Below are positions 53,899-64,000 of a stretch of DNA of 64,000 nucleotides, piece by piece. The translations under genes were made by a program, and so were the position numbers. The DNA lies in the NCBI RefSeq assembly GCF_001194135.2, contig NC_068983.1:7702276-7766275 (forward strand), in the 5' to 3' direction. A model generated the notes under the pieces. It did not search any database, was not told the origin of the DNA, and saw only the letters and a program-made list of their open reading frames with translations. Every line of letters starts with the position of its first letter. Within the stretch, counting starts at the first letter, position 1. Origin of the DNA: Octopus bimaculoides. Lineage: Eukaryota.

Positions 53899-54355
53899 TA
53901 TATCATGCATATTCATTTAAGGACATCTCGATGGATTTAAATTTCTGATAGTTTCCATTTGTATAACTACAATTTTTTTTTCTCCCAATAAATTCTGGTT
54001 TGCTTTATAATGAGAGTACTTGATCGTGTTTGTATGGTGAATGTGATAAATGGTTTGTTAAGAGGACAAAAATGTCTCAAATGATTAGGCAGCTAACCAA
54101 AGATGTTAATTAGATCAATATGATTTAATATAAAAGAAGCTATTAGTAGCAAATGTGTAGAGAGCACTTACGTGTTCCTAATTGTTTTCCACAGAAAAAA
54201 AAAGAGCATAAGCAGATGTGCATGTTTGTCTGGCTGTCTGATTGTATGTATGTACGTTCGTAGGTACGTACGTACGTGTGTGTGTATGTATGTATGTATG
54301 CGTGCATGTATGTATGCATGTATGTATGCGTGCATGAATGCATGTATCTATGCAT

Positions 54356-54448
54356 TTGACCGTTGACTGAACACTATTCAATTTTTTTTCTCCGTGTTTT
54401 TCTCCTTGTCTCCGTATTCTTTCTGTTGAAGAGCGTAGCTCGAAACGT
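54356..54448. mobile_element. Probable Penelope-like element terminal repeat (copy 2), running into a gap
   Basis: 93/93 identical to 13733-13825. Confidence 0.45.
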
Positions 54449-55724
54449 NNNNNNNNNNNNNNNNNNNNNNNNNNNNNNNNNNNNNNNNNNNNNNNNNNNN
54501 NNNNNNNNNNNNNNNNNNNNNNNNNNNNNNNNNNNNNNNNNNNNNNNNNNNNNNNNNNNNNNNNNNNNNNNNNNNNNNNNNNNNNNNNNNNNNNNNNNNN
54601 NNNNNNNNNNNNNNNNNNNNNNNNNNNNNNNNNNNNNNNNNNNNNNNNNNNNNNNNNNNNNNNNNNNNNNNNNNNNNNNNNNNNNNNNNNNNNNNNNNNN
54701 NNNNNNNNNNNNNNNNNNNNNNNNNNNNNNNNNNNNNNNNNNNNNNNNNNNNNNNNNNNNNNNNNNNNNNNNNNNNNNNNNNNNNNNNNNNNNNNNNNNN
54801 NNNNNNNNNNNNNNNNNNNNNNNNNNNNNNNNNNNNNNNNNNNNNNNNNNNNNNNNNNNNNNNNNNNNNNNNNNNNNNNNNNNNNNNNNNNNNNNNNNNN
54901 NNNNNNNNNNNNNNNNNNNNNNNNNNNNNNNNNNNNNNNNNNNNNNNNNNNNNNNNNNNNNNNNNNNNNNNNNNNNNNNNNNNNNNNNNNNNNNNNNNNN
55001 NNNNNNNNNNNNNNNNNNNNNNNNNNNNNNNNNNNNNNNNNNNNNNNNNNNNNNNNNNNNNNNNNNNNNNNNNNNNNNNNNNNNNNNNNNNNNNNNNNNN
55101 TAGATAGGGAAATGCTGGAAAACCGGAGAATGAAAAAGAAAGCAAAAGTAGGGTGGGTGGATAGGTAATTTAGAATTATTTCCCTTTAAATCGCAAAATA
55201 TAAAACTCAAAAGATAGTGGCCTCGAGCATTGGTTGGAAATTGAGAAACGTTTTAAAATATTCATTTTGTGTTGTAAACTCTGTTTTTCACTTTTTTTCT
55301 GTCTCTCTTCACTCTGTTGGCATTTTGTTTCATCATAGTGTAGATATTTTTACCCACTATGATGGTACATACCTTTGCCCCTCTGTTCCAAACAACAATA
55401 TCCAGCCTGTTTTGTCTAAATTTGACTAAAGTTTTGATCGGAATATTCCACCAGTATTTCTAGAGTTGGTGTTTATGAATGTATTCCATAACAGAGGGAT
55501 TTTCCAAGTTTATTTCAGGACAGTCTTTTTTTATGGATGATAATGTAAATTGTTTTAGCAACATCGTGTCGCATAGGGAGGTAGTACCGTGACGACATTT
55601 TAGGACATCTGCTTATCAAATGTGTGCTGTCTTCCAAGGAAACATGACATAGCCGACACATGTGGTTGCACCTTGGGATTACAAGAGTGTCATTGTCTCT
55701 CTTGTATGTATGTATGTATGTATG

Positions 55725-55758
<34 letters not shown>

Positions 55759-55829
55759 TGTATGTATGAATGTATGTATGTATGTGTGTGAGTGTGTATG
55801 TATGTATATGTTTGACATAGTATAAGCAT

Positions 55830-56336
55830 CTTGTGAGAAAAATTAGGCATAAGAGGAATCAGATGTGGTGTGCGAGAGAGACGACTGCGTTGGTATGGTC
55901 ATGTGATGCGTATGGACGAGAACAACTGTGTAAAGAAGTGCTGATCTCTAACTGTGGAGGGAACCTGTGGTAGAGGTAGACCCAGGAAGACATGGGACAA
56001 GGTGGCAAAGCATGACCTTCGAACTTTGAACCTCATGGAGGCAATGACTAGTGACCGAGACCTTTGGCATTATGTCATGCTTGAGAAGAAGACCCATCAA
56101 GCTGAGCAAAATCACAGTCGTGGCAGATATCGGGGTCACACAAATAGCACCTGTGCCAGTGGCATGTAAAAGCACCCATTACATTCTCAGAGTGGTTGGC
56201 ATTAGGAAGGGCATCCAACCATAGAAAACCATGCCAAATCAGACTGGAGCCTGGCACAGCCTTCCAGCGTGCCGTCCCAGTCAAACTGTCCAACTCATGC
56301 CAGCATGGACAACAGACGTTAAATGATGATGATGAT
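55830..56336 (+). mobile_element. RTE LINE 3' end (family A): last ORF codons, 3' UTR and (GAT)n tail
   Basis: Translates as RRLRWYGHVMRMDE...GRGRPRKTWDKVAKHDL...DRDLW, then the recurring UTR ggaagggcatcc...ccatgccagcatgga...gacgttaaa(tga)n. Confidence 0.85.
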
Positions 56337-56602
56337 ATATATATATATATATATATATGCATGCACAGACACTCACAATATACTTCTTTAATTTTCTGTC
56401 TACCAAATCCACTCTACTCACAAGTTTTTGCTTGGTGTGACATTATAGCTGAAGACACTTGTCCAAGGTGTCATGCATATGTAAATATTTATATCCCATG
56501 AAATTAATCCTAACCTTTTTTTTTTAATGTAAAAGGATTCATGAAGCCATAACATGTTTACAATGCTTTCTTTATGTCTATTTTTTTTCTCTCTCTCTCA
56601 AG

Positions 56603-56849
56603 GATACAAATAAGGCAATGCCTTTAAAAACAGATGAAGAACTTCTTTCAGAATATCGCGAAGATAAATATCAAAAGTTTACAGAACATGAAGCTTGTTG
56701 GAGCCTGAACGCTCGTGGTCCCATGGGGGAAACAGCTTTGCACATTTGTTTCCTTCTAAATACTCCGGTTCACATACAAATAGCACATATTATGATTGAA
56801 ATTTACCCCAAACTGGTTCTCGATGTCTATGAAGGAACTGAATATTTTG
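56603..56849 (+). CDS. iav: TRPV coding exon 2 (DTNKAMP...EHEACWSLNARGPMGETALH...YEGTEYF-G), start of the ankyrin domain
   Basis: Acceptor ctctctcaag|GAT, donor TTTG|GTATTT; 247 nt, phase 0 to 1. Confidence 0.92.
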
Positions 56850-58642
56850 GTATTTCAAATGTCTTTTATTTCAACATTTCACTCTTTGCTCTACTAGCTA
56901 GCTGTTGTTTATATTGTTATTGTTGTTGTTGACGATGATGATATTTTTGTTGTTGTTGTTACTTAGCTCCAGTAGTTGAACTGATCTGTTCTGTATTCAA
57001 GGCTATTTCTATCCACGATCGTTTCCTCTTTTATGTTTTGTTTTTGTTTTTAGGCATTAAGTATCAAGGAATATATTATTCAATGTGTTTGTTTGTTATT
57101 TTATCTTTTAAAATGGTAAGGTATGCTTTGAAGGGAAATATGGTTTACTATTTCTGTATGGGCTCCCTGGCTAATTATTTACTCTGCTCGTCAGTTCTCT
57201 GAAAATAATTGACTGGTAATAGTATCCATGTATATATATATATATATAGGTAGAGACAGATAGCCTGGGATATAAAAATAGATAGATTGATATACAGAGA
57301 GANNNNNNNNNNAGATAAAAGAGAGGAAAAGGTTTGTCAGATGTTCATTTCATGGATTCATTTCATTCAGCATTCACTTGTCCATGCTGGCATGGGTTGG
57401 ACGGTTTGACCAGGGTTGGTAAGCTAAGGGGCTGCACCAGACTCCAGTCTGATTTAACATGGTTTCTACGGCTGGATGCCCTTCCTAATACCAACCACTC
57501 CAAGAGTGTAATGGGTGCTTTTACGTGCCACTGGCGAGGGTGCCATTTGTGTGACACCAGTATCTGTCAGTTACAGGTTTCACTCGGCTTGATAGATTTT
57601 CCCTTCTTAAGCACTGTATAAGGCCAAAGTCTTGGTCACTTGTCATTGCTTCCGTAGATCAAATACAGTGAAGGAATTCCAACCATGTTTTGAGGTTCAC
57701 TACCTCCATAGCTCCTTTATAGGATTCAAAAGCCAAGGACATCATCAGGAGGAACCATGTCTGGTTTTGGCCCCTACCCCTCTACCGTTTTCAACATGGC
57801 ACCCCCACCGCTCTCAGATGTGTCTTCAGCTCTGGTGTTAAGTGCATTTTTTTCTTTTTCTATGGCTTTTTGTTCTTTGGTTTCTTTGATACAGTGTTGA
57901 TGAATATCAGCAGGCGAATGTCCACCATGGCAAATTTCCCTTTAAATACTCACTGGGTAGCCTCCAGCAGCCAGGGTCAGCTAACTGTCACATGACACAA
58001 TCCATGCTTCAGCTGACCAATGGGGGAAAAGTGCATGTAGTTTTGGTCTGCACCCTCTCTTGACCCACCTTCCGACAGAGCCATGCTAGATTCAGCTCCA
58101 GCAGCCAGAGTCGATTAGCCAACTATTATACTAAAATATAATTAAAGCCAGAAAGATATATAGAAAATTTTCAGCTCAACCTTCTAATGTGTAGAATCTA
58201 AAAGAATCCAAGTGGGAACACAAGTTCCACCGTCTCAACTCTACTTAATCAAGATGAGTGTGGAAGTAGCATTCTTACTAAAAAATATATTCATAGGTTT
58301 CAAATTTTGACACGAGGCCAGCAATTGTTGGGGAGGGGGCCAGTCGATTACATCAACCCCATTGCTCAATTGCTACTTATTTTACTGGCCCTGAAAGGAT
58401 GAAAGGCAAAGTCAACCTCAGTGGAATTTGAACTCAGAACATAGAGGCAGATAAAATGCCACTAGATATTTCGTCTGGTATACTAACAATTCTGCCAGCT
58501 CCCATAAATATAGAAAAGAAGTTTCAGTTTTTAGTAAATTTTTTATAAAATATTTCGTTTGATAGTCTAAGCATAAGACACAGTCCCACACTCACATGAT
58601 CTCATTTAAAATATGTTTTATTTTTGTTTTTCTCCTGACCAG

Positions 58643-58798
58643 GTGAAAGTTGCTTACACATTGCTGTTGTTAATGGTAACCTAAAATCTGTTCGGTTTTT
58701 GATTTCCAAAAACATAAATGTTAACCAGAGAGCAACAGGTATATTTTTCTTACCTGCTGATCAAGTAGGATGGCGCAAAAAAGAAACTGATTTTAAAG
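58643..58798 (+). CDS. iav: TRPV coding exon 3 (GESCLHIAVVNGNL...NQRATGIFFLPADQ...ETDFK-G)
   Basis: Acceptor ctcctgaccag|GT, donor AAAG|GTAATT; 156 nt, phase 1 to 1. Contains an ankyrin repeat and the RAxGxFF finger loop. Absent from the ORF track. Confidence 0.93.
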
Positions 58799-58861
58799 GT
58801 AATTAATTGACTTCTAGTGTAGTCTTTTTGTATTGCCTTCATTTTTTTCTTCCGTTTGATC

Positions 58862-59410
58862 ATGGCTGTGTGGTTAAGAAGCACACTCACTTATCAGCTG
58901 CATGGGTTTGGGTTCAGTTCCAGTGTGTGAGACCTTGGGCAAGTGTCTTTTACTATAACCCTTGATTGACCAATACCTTGTGAATGAATTTGGTAGATGG
59001 AAGGTGTGTGGAAGCCCGTTGTATATATGTGTGTGTGTGAGTGTGTGTGTGTGTGTATGTGTGTGTGTCTGAGATTGTTTTTGTCTCCTGTGTGGTAAGA
59101 AACTTGCTTCCCAACCACATGGTTCTGGGTTTAGTACCACTGCATGGCACCTTGGGCAAGTGTCTTCTACTATAGTCCCGGGCAGGCCAAAGCCTTGTGA
59201 GTGGATTTGGTAGATGGAAACTGAAAGAAGACTATTATGTGTGTGTGTGTGTCTGCGGGTCTTCTTTCAGTTTCCGTCTACCAAATCAACTCACAAGGCT
59301 TTGGTCGGCCCAAGGCTATAGTAGAAGACACTTGCCCAAGATGTCACGGAGTAGGTCCGAACCCGAAACCATGTGGTTGGTAAGGAAGCTATTTAACCAC
59401 ACAGCCACTC
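58862..59410. mobile_element. Three SINE B 5' halves in TRPV intron 3: 58862-59023(+), 59088-59232(+), 59259-59410(-)
   Basis: Repeated gcaagtgtctt...ctata...gccttgtga..ggatttggtaga.ggaa core; the last two copies are inverted relative to each other. Confidence 0.88.
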
Positions 59411-59577
59411 CAGCCTAAACTTTTCAAGGCGGTGCTCCAGTATGGTCATAGTCCAAAGACTGAAACAAGTAAAAGATAAAAAGTAAAATGAACACTGAAA
59501 ATTAAGAGTGGAAAATGTGTTTTTTTCTTCTTTTGGAAATTCCTTTTCTCCTTTCTGCTTCTCCATCTTTCTTTTAG

Positions 59578-59732
59578 GGTTGGCTCACTATGGGGAATAC
59601 CCGCTTGCATTCGCTGCCTGCCATGAACACTATGAGATTTACGACTACCTCATGAATTATGGTGCTAACCCAAACTTTCAAGATAGTTTTGGTAATACAG
59701 TGTTGCACTTGGTTGTTATTACTAACAGAGTG
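59578..59732 (+). CDS. iav: TRPV coding exon 4 (GLAHYGEYPLAFAACHE...ANPNFQDSFGNTVLHLVVITNRV)
   Basis: Acceptor ctttcttttag|GG, donor GTG|GTAAGT; 155 nt, phase 1 to 0. Carries the TRPV signature YGEYPL(S/A)FAAC. Confidence 0.95.
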
Positions 59733-60254
59733 GTAAGTAATTTTAGCGTCAGTAATTTTGTAGAATTTAGGCTAATTGATTAATTGATTGGTTAAATGGT
59801 TAATGAAATGGTAAATAAGATAAAATTAAGAAGTAAAATGGAATCAGTGTGTGAGGTGATTGGCATTAGGAAAAATGCCAAAGGAGACCCTGGGGCTCAG
59901 TGCTTCTCTGTGGCTTGTTGGATCCTGTCAGACTGTCCAATCCATACTAATTAGGAAAACTGACTTGAAATAATGATGATGGAGATGATGATGGAGTTGA
60001 TGATGATTGTGGAGATGATGATGATGATGGTGGAGTTGATGATGATGATGATGGTGGAGATGATGATGATAATGATGATGATGACAATGACGATAATGAT
60101 GATGATGAGAATGACGATGATGACAACGACGATGACGATGAACCTCTTGATAGACAACAGAATACATTTCTAACACATGAGTTCGCATTCAGAATCTTGC
60201 AAACCAAGCACAGAAATGGAAATGGATTAATTCTAATTCTTCTGTTGTTTGCAG

Positions 60255-60398
60255 GACTTTTATAAATATGCTGTGAAGCATATGACCATTCCTGGAGACA
60301 CAACAATTACCAATATCTATGATCTAACACCTCTTGCTCTGGCCTGTAAACTAGGACGACCAGAAATATTTCATGTGATGCTTGAATTAAGTGCAATC
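60255..60398 (+). CDS. iav: TRPV coding exon 5 (DFYKYAVKH...DLTPLALACKLGRPEIFHVMLELSAI)
   Basis: Acceptor gttgtttgcag|GAC, donor ATC|GTAAGT; 144 nt, phase 0 to 0. Confidence 0.94.
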
Positions 60399-60414
60399 GT
60401 AAGTAGAACAGTCA

Positions 60415-60447
<33 letters not shown>

Positions 60448-60689
60448 TGGATGTATGTATGTATGTATGTATGGATGGATGGATGCATGAATGTATGTAT
60501 GGATGGATGGATGGTTGGATGTATGGATGGATAGATGGATGGATGTATATGTGTGTACATATGTGTCTGTGTATAAGTATCTATATGTATATACATCTAG
60601 AAACATATACATGGGTGTGTGTAGAGAGAGAAATAGAGAGATACATTGATGCACATATCTATATCAACAAATCCATCTATAAATTTCTC

Positions 60690-60735
<46 letters not shown>

Positions 60736-61070
60736 AGTATATGTGTATGCATGAGTTCCTTTTGAGTGTTGGGCCTCATGGAGGCAATGCCTAAGACCTT
60801 TGGCATTATGCTATGCTTGAGAAGAAGACCCATCAAGCCAAGCAAAGTCACAGTCATGGCAGATACTGGTGTCATGCAAATGGCACCTGTGCTGGTGGCA
60901 CGTAAATGCACCCATTACACTCCCAGAGTGGTTGGCATTAGGAAGGGCATCCACCCATAGAAAACCATGCCAAATCAGACTGGAGTCTGGGGCAGCCTTC
61001 CAGCTTACCAGCCCTGGTCAAACTATCCAGCCCATGCCAGCATGGACAACAGACGTTAAATGATGATGAT

Positions 61071-61152
<82 letters not shown>

Positions 61153-61591
61153 TGTATACTGAGCGTGTAGCACTTGTGCAGCAGACCAATACAAGTTTGA
61201 AAGACATGATAGTTGGACCGGCTGTGTTGTTACATGACCAGAAAATAACTAACCAGAAGTTAGAGAAACATAGAGAATGTGGTTTTGGAAGGAGAGTGCA
61301 AAAACGGATATTGTGTGTATGTGTGTGTGTGCGAGCTGTGTATGTGGGATACTGTGTGTGTGGAGAGTATATATATATACATGTTCTTTTGTGTGTGCGC
61401 GTGGGTGCTGGTGGTGAGTATTGTGTGAGATGGAAGTACATGTGTGCATGTGTGTTTGTGTTTAAAAGCAGTGGATTGAAATATTTATCAGTTCTACTGC
61501 ATGTTAATTCCCTTGTACATTCAGGCAAGATATTAAAATGTAGGAAACGGAGAATGATGTAATGTCTTGTCTGGTGTTTATTTTGTTTCAG

Positions 61592-61673
61592 GAACTATGG
61601 CGTTACAGCAATATCACTTGCTCTGTTTATCCAATTGCAAACCTGGACACTGTTGACCCAGACGGAGTAACGT
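61592..61673 (+). CDS. iav: TRPV coding exon 6 ([27 protein letters not shown]), ARD-to-membrane linker
   Basis: Acceptor ttttgtttcag|GAA, donor ACGT|GTAAGT; 82 nt, phase 0 to 1. WRYSNITC is characteristic of the iav clade. Confidence 0.94.
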
Positions 61674-61842
61674 GTAAGTGGAACTTTCTGTTTTTGTTCT
61701 ATCCTTTCATTTCTACCTACCTACCTTCCAACCTACCTACCTACCTACCTACCTACCTACCTACCTGTCTACTTACCTACCTGTCTACTTACCTACCTAC
61801 CTTCCTACCTACCTACCTACCAGCATATTCTACTTAAGTACC

Positions 61843-61893
<51 letters not shown>

Positions 61894-61902
61894 CTCTATC
61901 TA

Positions 61903-61950
<48 letters not shown>

Positions 61951-63193
61951 CCTGTTTACCTACCTATCTACCTACCCAGCTAGATAGCTATTCATTCATC
62001 CGTCTATTCTCTTATCCATCTGTTCAGCCATGTTGGTTAAGAACGTCTTAATTTAAAAAAAACAAATAAGGCTCAGGTATGGCTATATAGTTAAGAAGTT
62101 TGCTTCCAAACCATGTAGTTTCAGGTTCAATCCCACTGTGTGGTACCTTAAGCTAGTGTCTTCTATAACTGTCTCAGACAAACCAAAAGCCTTGGGAATG
62201 GATTTGGAGGATCGAAACTAAAAACGTCTGATGTGTGTGTGTGTGTGTGTGAGTGTGTAGACCCTTGTCTTGGCATTCTCTTTTTACTTGTTCCAGTCAT
62301 TTGACTGCGGCCATGCTGGAGCACCACCTTTAGTCGAGCAAATCGACCCCAGGACTTATTCTTTGGAAGCCTAGTACTTATACTATCGGTCTCTTNNNNN
62401 NNNNNNNNNNNNNNNNNNNNNNNNNNNNNNNNNNNNNNNNNNNNNNNNNNNNNNNNNNNNNNNNNNNNNNNNNNNNNNNNNNNNNNNNNNNNNNNNNNNN
62501 NNNNNNNNNNNNNNNNNNNNNNNNNNNNNNNNNNNNNNNNNNNNNNNNNNNNNNNNNNNNNNNNNNNNNNNNNNNNNNNNNNNNNNNNNNNNNNNNNNNN
62601 NNNNNNNNNNNNNNNNNNNNNNNNNNNNNNNNNNNNNNNNNNNNNNNNNNNNNNNNNNNNNNNNNNNNNNNNNNNNNNNNNNNNNNNNNNNNNNNNNNNN
62701 NNNNNNNNNNNNNNNNNNNNNNNNNNNNNNNNNNNNNNNNNNNNNNNNNNNNNNNNNNNNNNNNNNNNNNNNNNNNNNNNTATATATACATATATACGAC
62801 GGGCTTCTTTTCAGTTTCCGTCTATCAAATTCACTCACAAGGCTTTGGTCGGCCTGAGGCTATAGTAGAAGACACTTGCCCAAGGTGCCATGCAGTGGGA
62901 CTGAACCCGGAACCATGTGGTTTGTAAGCAAGCTACTTACCACACAGCCACTCCTACACCTATGCAATTTTTCTAAGCAAGTTTCACTATCATACAAGTG
63001 ATGTTCGTTTGTATATCAATTTCACCATGTTAGCATGGGATGACCTCCGGAGAATACTTACTCCAAACTCAACCTCAATGACGAGATATCAACTGCCAAT
63101 TCCTTAAACCTGCAATCGTCTGCCCATTCCACTTTTGTTCAGTTAAAATTATTTAAGATCCTTATATACCTTTTAATTTTCCGTTACCAACAG

Positions 63194-63309
63194 CATGGAC
63201 AACAGCTTTAAACCTCATCCTTGATGGTGAGACTGACGAGCATCTTGATATGATGGAAGGTAAAGTTATTAAACAATTACTAGATGAAAAATGGAAAACC
63301 TTTGCTCAG
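63194..63309 (+). CDS. iav: TRPV coding exon 7 (SWTTALNLILDGETDEHLDMMEGKVIKQLLDEKWKTFAQ), linker and pre-S1 helix
   Basis: Acceptor ttaccaacag|CA, donor CAG|GTGAGT; 116 nt, phase 1 to 0. Absent from the ORF track. Confidence 0.94.
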
Positions 63310-63394
63310 GTGAGTGGCATCACAGTTTTTACTATTTCTACTGGATGAATGGTTAAGTAGTTTGCTTCACAGCCATGAGGTCGCAGGTTCATAC

Positions 63395-63895
63395 TGCCAA
63401 GCATTTCACCCGGTGTGCTAACGTTTCAACCAGCTCGCTGCTTTTTATTCTTTTCTACTCTTGGCACAAGGCCCGAAATTTTTGGGGAGGGGGGGGGCAG
63501 TCAATTAGAACGACCCCAGTATACAACTGGTTCTTAATTCATCGACCTCGAAAGTTGACCGCGGAAGAATTTGAACTCAGAACGTAAAGACAGATAAAAT
63601 ACCGCTAAGCATTTCACCTGGTGTGCCAACGTTTCTGCCAGCTCGCCACCTTAGAGACAGTATATATTTATTTCTTCATTACCCACAAGGGCCTAAACAT
63701 AGAGGAGACAAACAAGGATAGACAAACGGTTTAAGTCGATTACATCGTCCCCAGTGCATAACTGGTTCTTAATTTATTGACCCCGAAAGGATGAACGGCA
63801 AAGTTGACCTCGGTGGAATTTGAACTCAGAATGTAAAGACAGACGAAATACTGCCAAGCATTTCGCCCGGTGTGCTAACGTTTCTGCCAGCCTGC
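63395..63895 (-). mobile_element. SINE C cluster filling TRPV intron 7. Other C copies: 2555-2715(-), 4074-4268(-), 22258-22480(+), 58310-58500(-)
   Basis: Two near-complete copies plus a head fragment between exons 7 and 8. Confidence 0.85.
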
Positions 63896-63949
63896 TGCTT
63901 TGCTGTTTATGTATATTATGTAATCACTTTCACCATTTATTTATTTCAG

Positions 63950-64000
63950 AGAGGATTTTTCAAATTACTAGTTTTCGCCTTCTTACACCTGGTTCTCTTG
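63950..64000 (+). CDS. iav: TRPV coding exon 8, partial (RGFFKLLVFAFLHLVLL...), start of S1
   Basis: Acceptor ttatttatttcag|AGA. Open and hydrophobic to the window edge, at the position expected for S1. Confidence 0.82.

Larger units (their letters stand above)
41164..64000 (+). other. iav: TRPV cation channel gene, inactive/OSM-9 clade; 5' half only, continues beyond the window
   Basis: Eight exons join in frame through GT-AG introns (phases 0,1,1,0,0,1,0) to give 1227 nt = 409 codons with no stop. Recognisable iav/OSM-9 motifs: LYxL...GGxL, CWxLxxRGxxGETxLH, RAxGxFFLP, GEYPLAFAAC, QDSFGNTVLH, LTPLxLACKLGR, [12 protein letters not shown], HLDM...LLDEKWKTFAQ. Orthology (iav vs a paralogue) is recalled from family knowledge, not from a search. 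Confidence 0.9.

Noticed and set aside
56618-56932. Stand-alone 104-aa ORF starting at MPLKTDEE
   Set aside because: It is an internal TRPV exon (56603-56849); the ORF tail after the donor is intron read-through. The same holds for the tails of the ORFs at 59508, 60249 and 61562.

Overview
This is repeat-dense, AT-rich eukaryotic DNA from a gappy draft assembly, with many N-gaps next to microsatellites. The SINE, RTE-tail and microsatellite landscape looks like an octopod cephalopod (inference). I found one host gene: the 5' half of a + strand TRPV channel of the inactive/OSM-9 clade. It assembles by hand from 8 coding exons: 41245-41520, 56603-56849, 58643-58798, 59578-59732, 60255-60398, 61592-61673, 63194-63309 and 63950->64000. 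All introns are GT-AG and phase-compatible, giving 409 uninterrupted codons (N-terminus, ankyrin-repeat domain, start of S1). The gene runs off the window, and the ORF track misses several of these exons. The rest is transposon debris: at least three tRNA-derived SINE families, an RTE LINE fragment plus many RTE 3' tails, six mariner remnants, hAT remnants, several MITEs, a Penelope-like terminus with a hammerhead-like core, and microsatellites. The most interesting unexplained structures are long fold-backs inside the TRPV pre-mRNA (a 75/80-bp hairpin, a tail-to-tail SINE pair next to an exon, a long-IR element), which are candidate dsRNA/ADAR or small-RNA substrates. Also notable are two uORFs, a missing non-coding first exon, an intronic promoter-like motif cluster and a (TAA)n-embedded element. 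There are no CRISPR, rRNA or bona fide tRNA genes.
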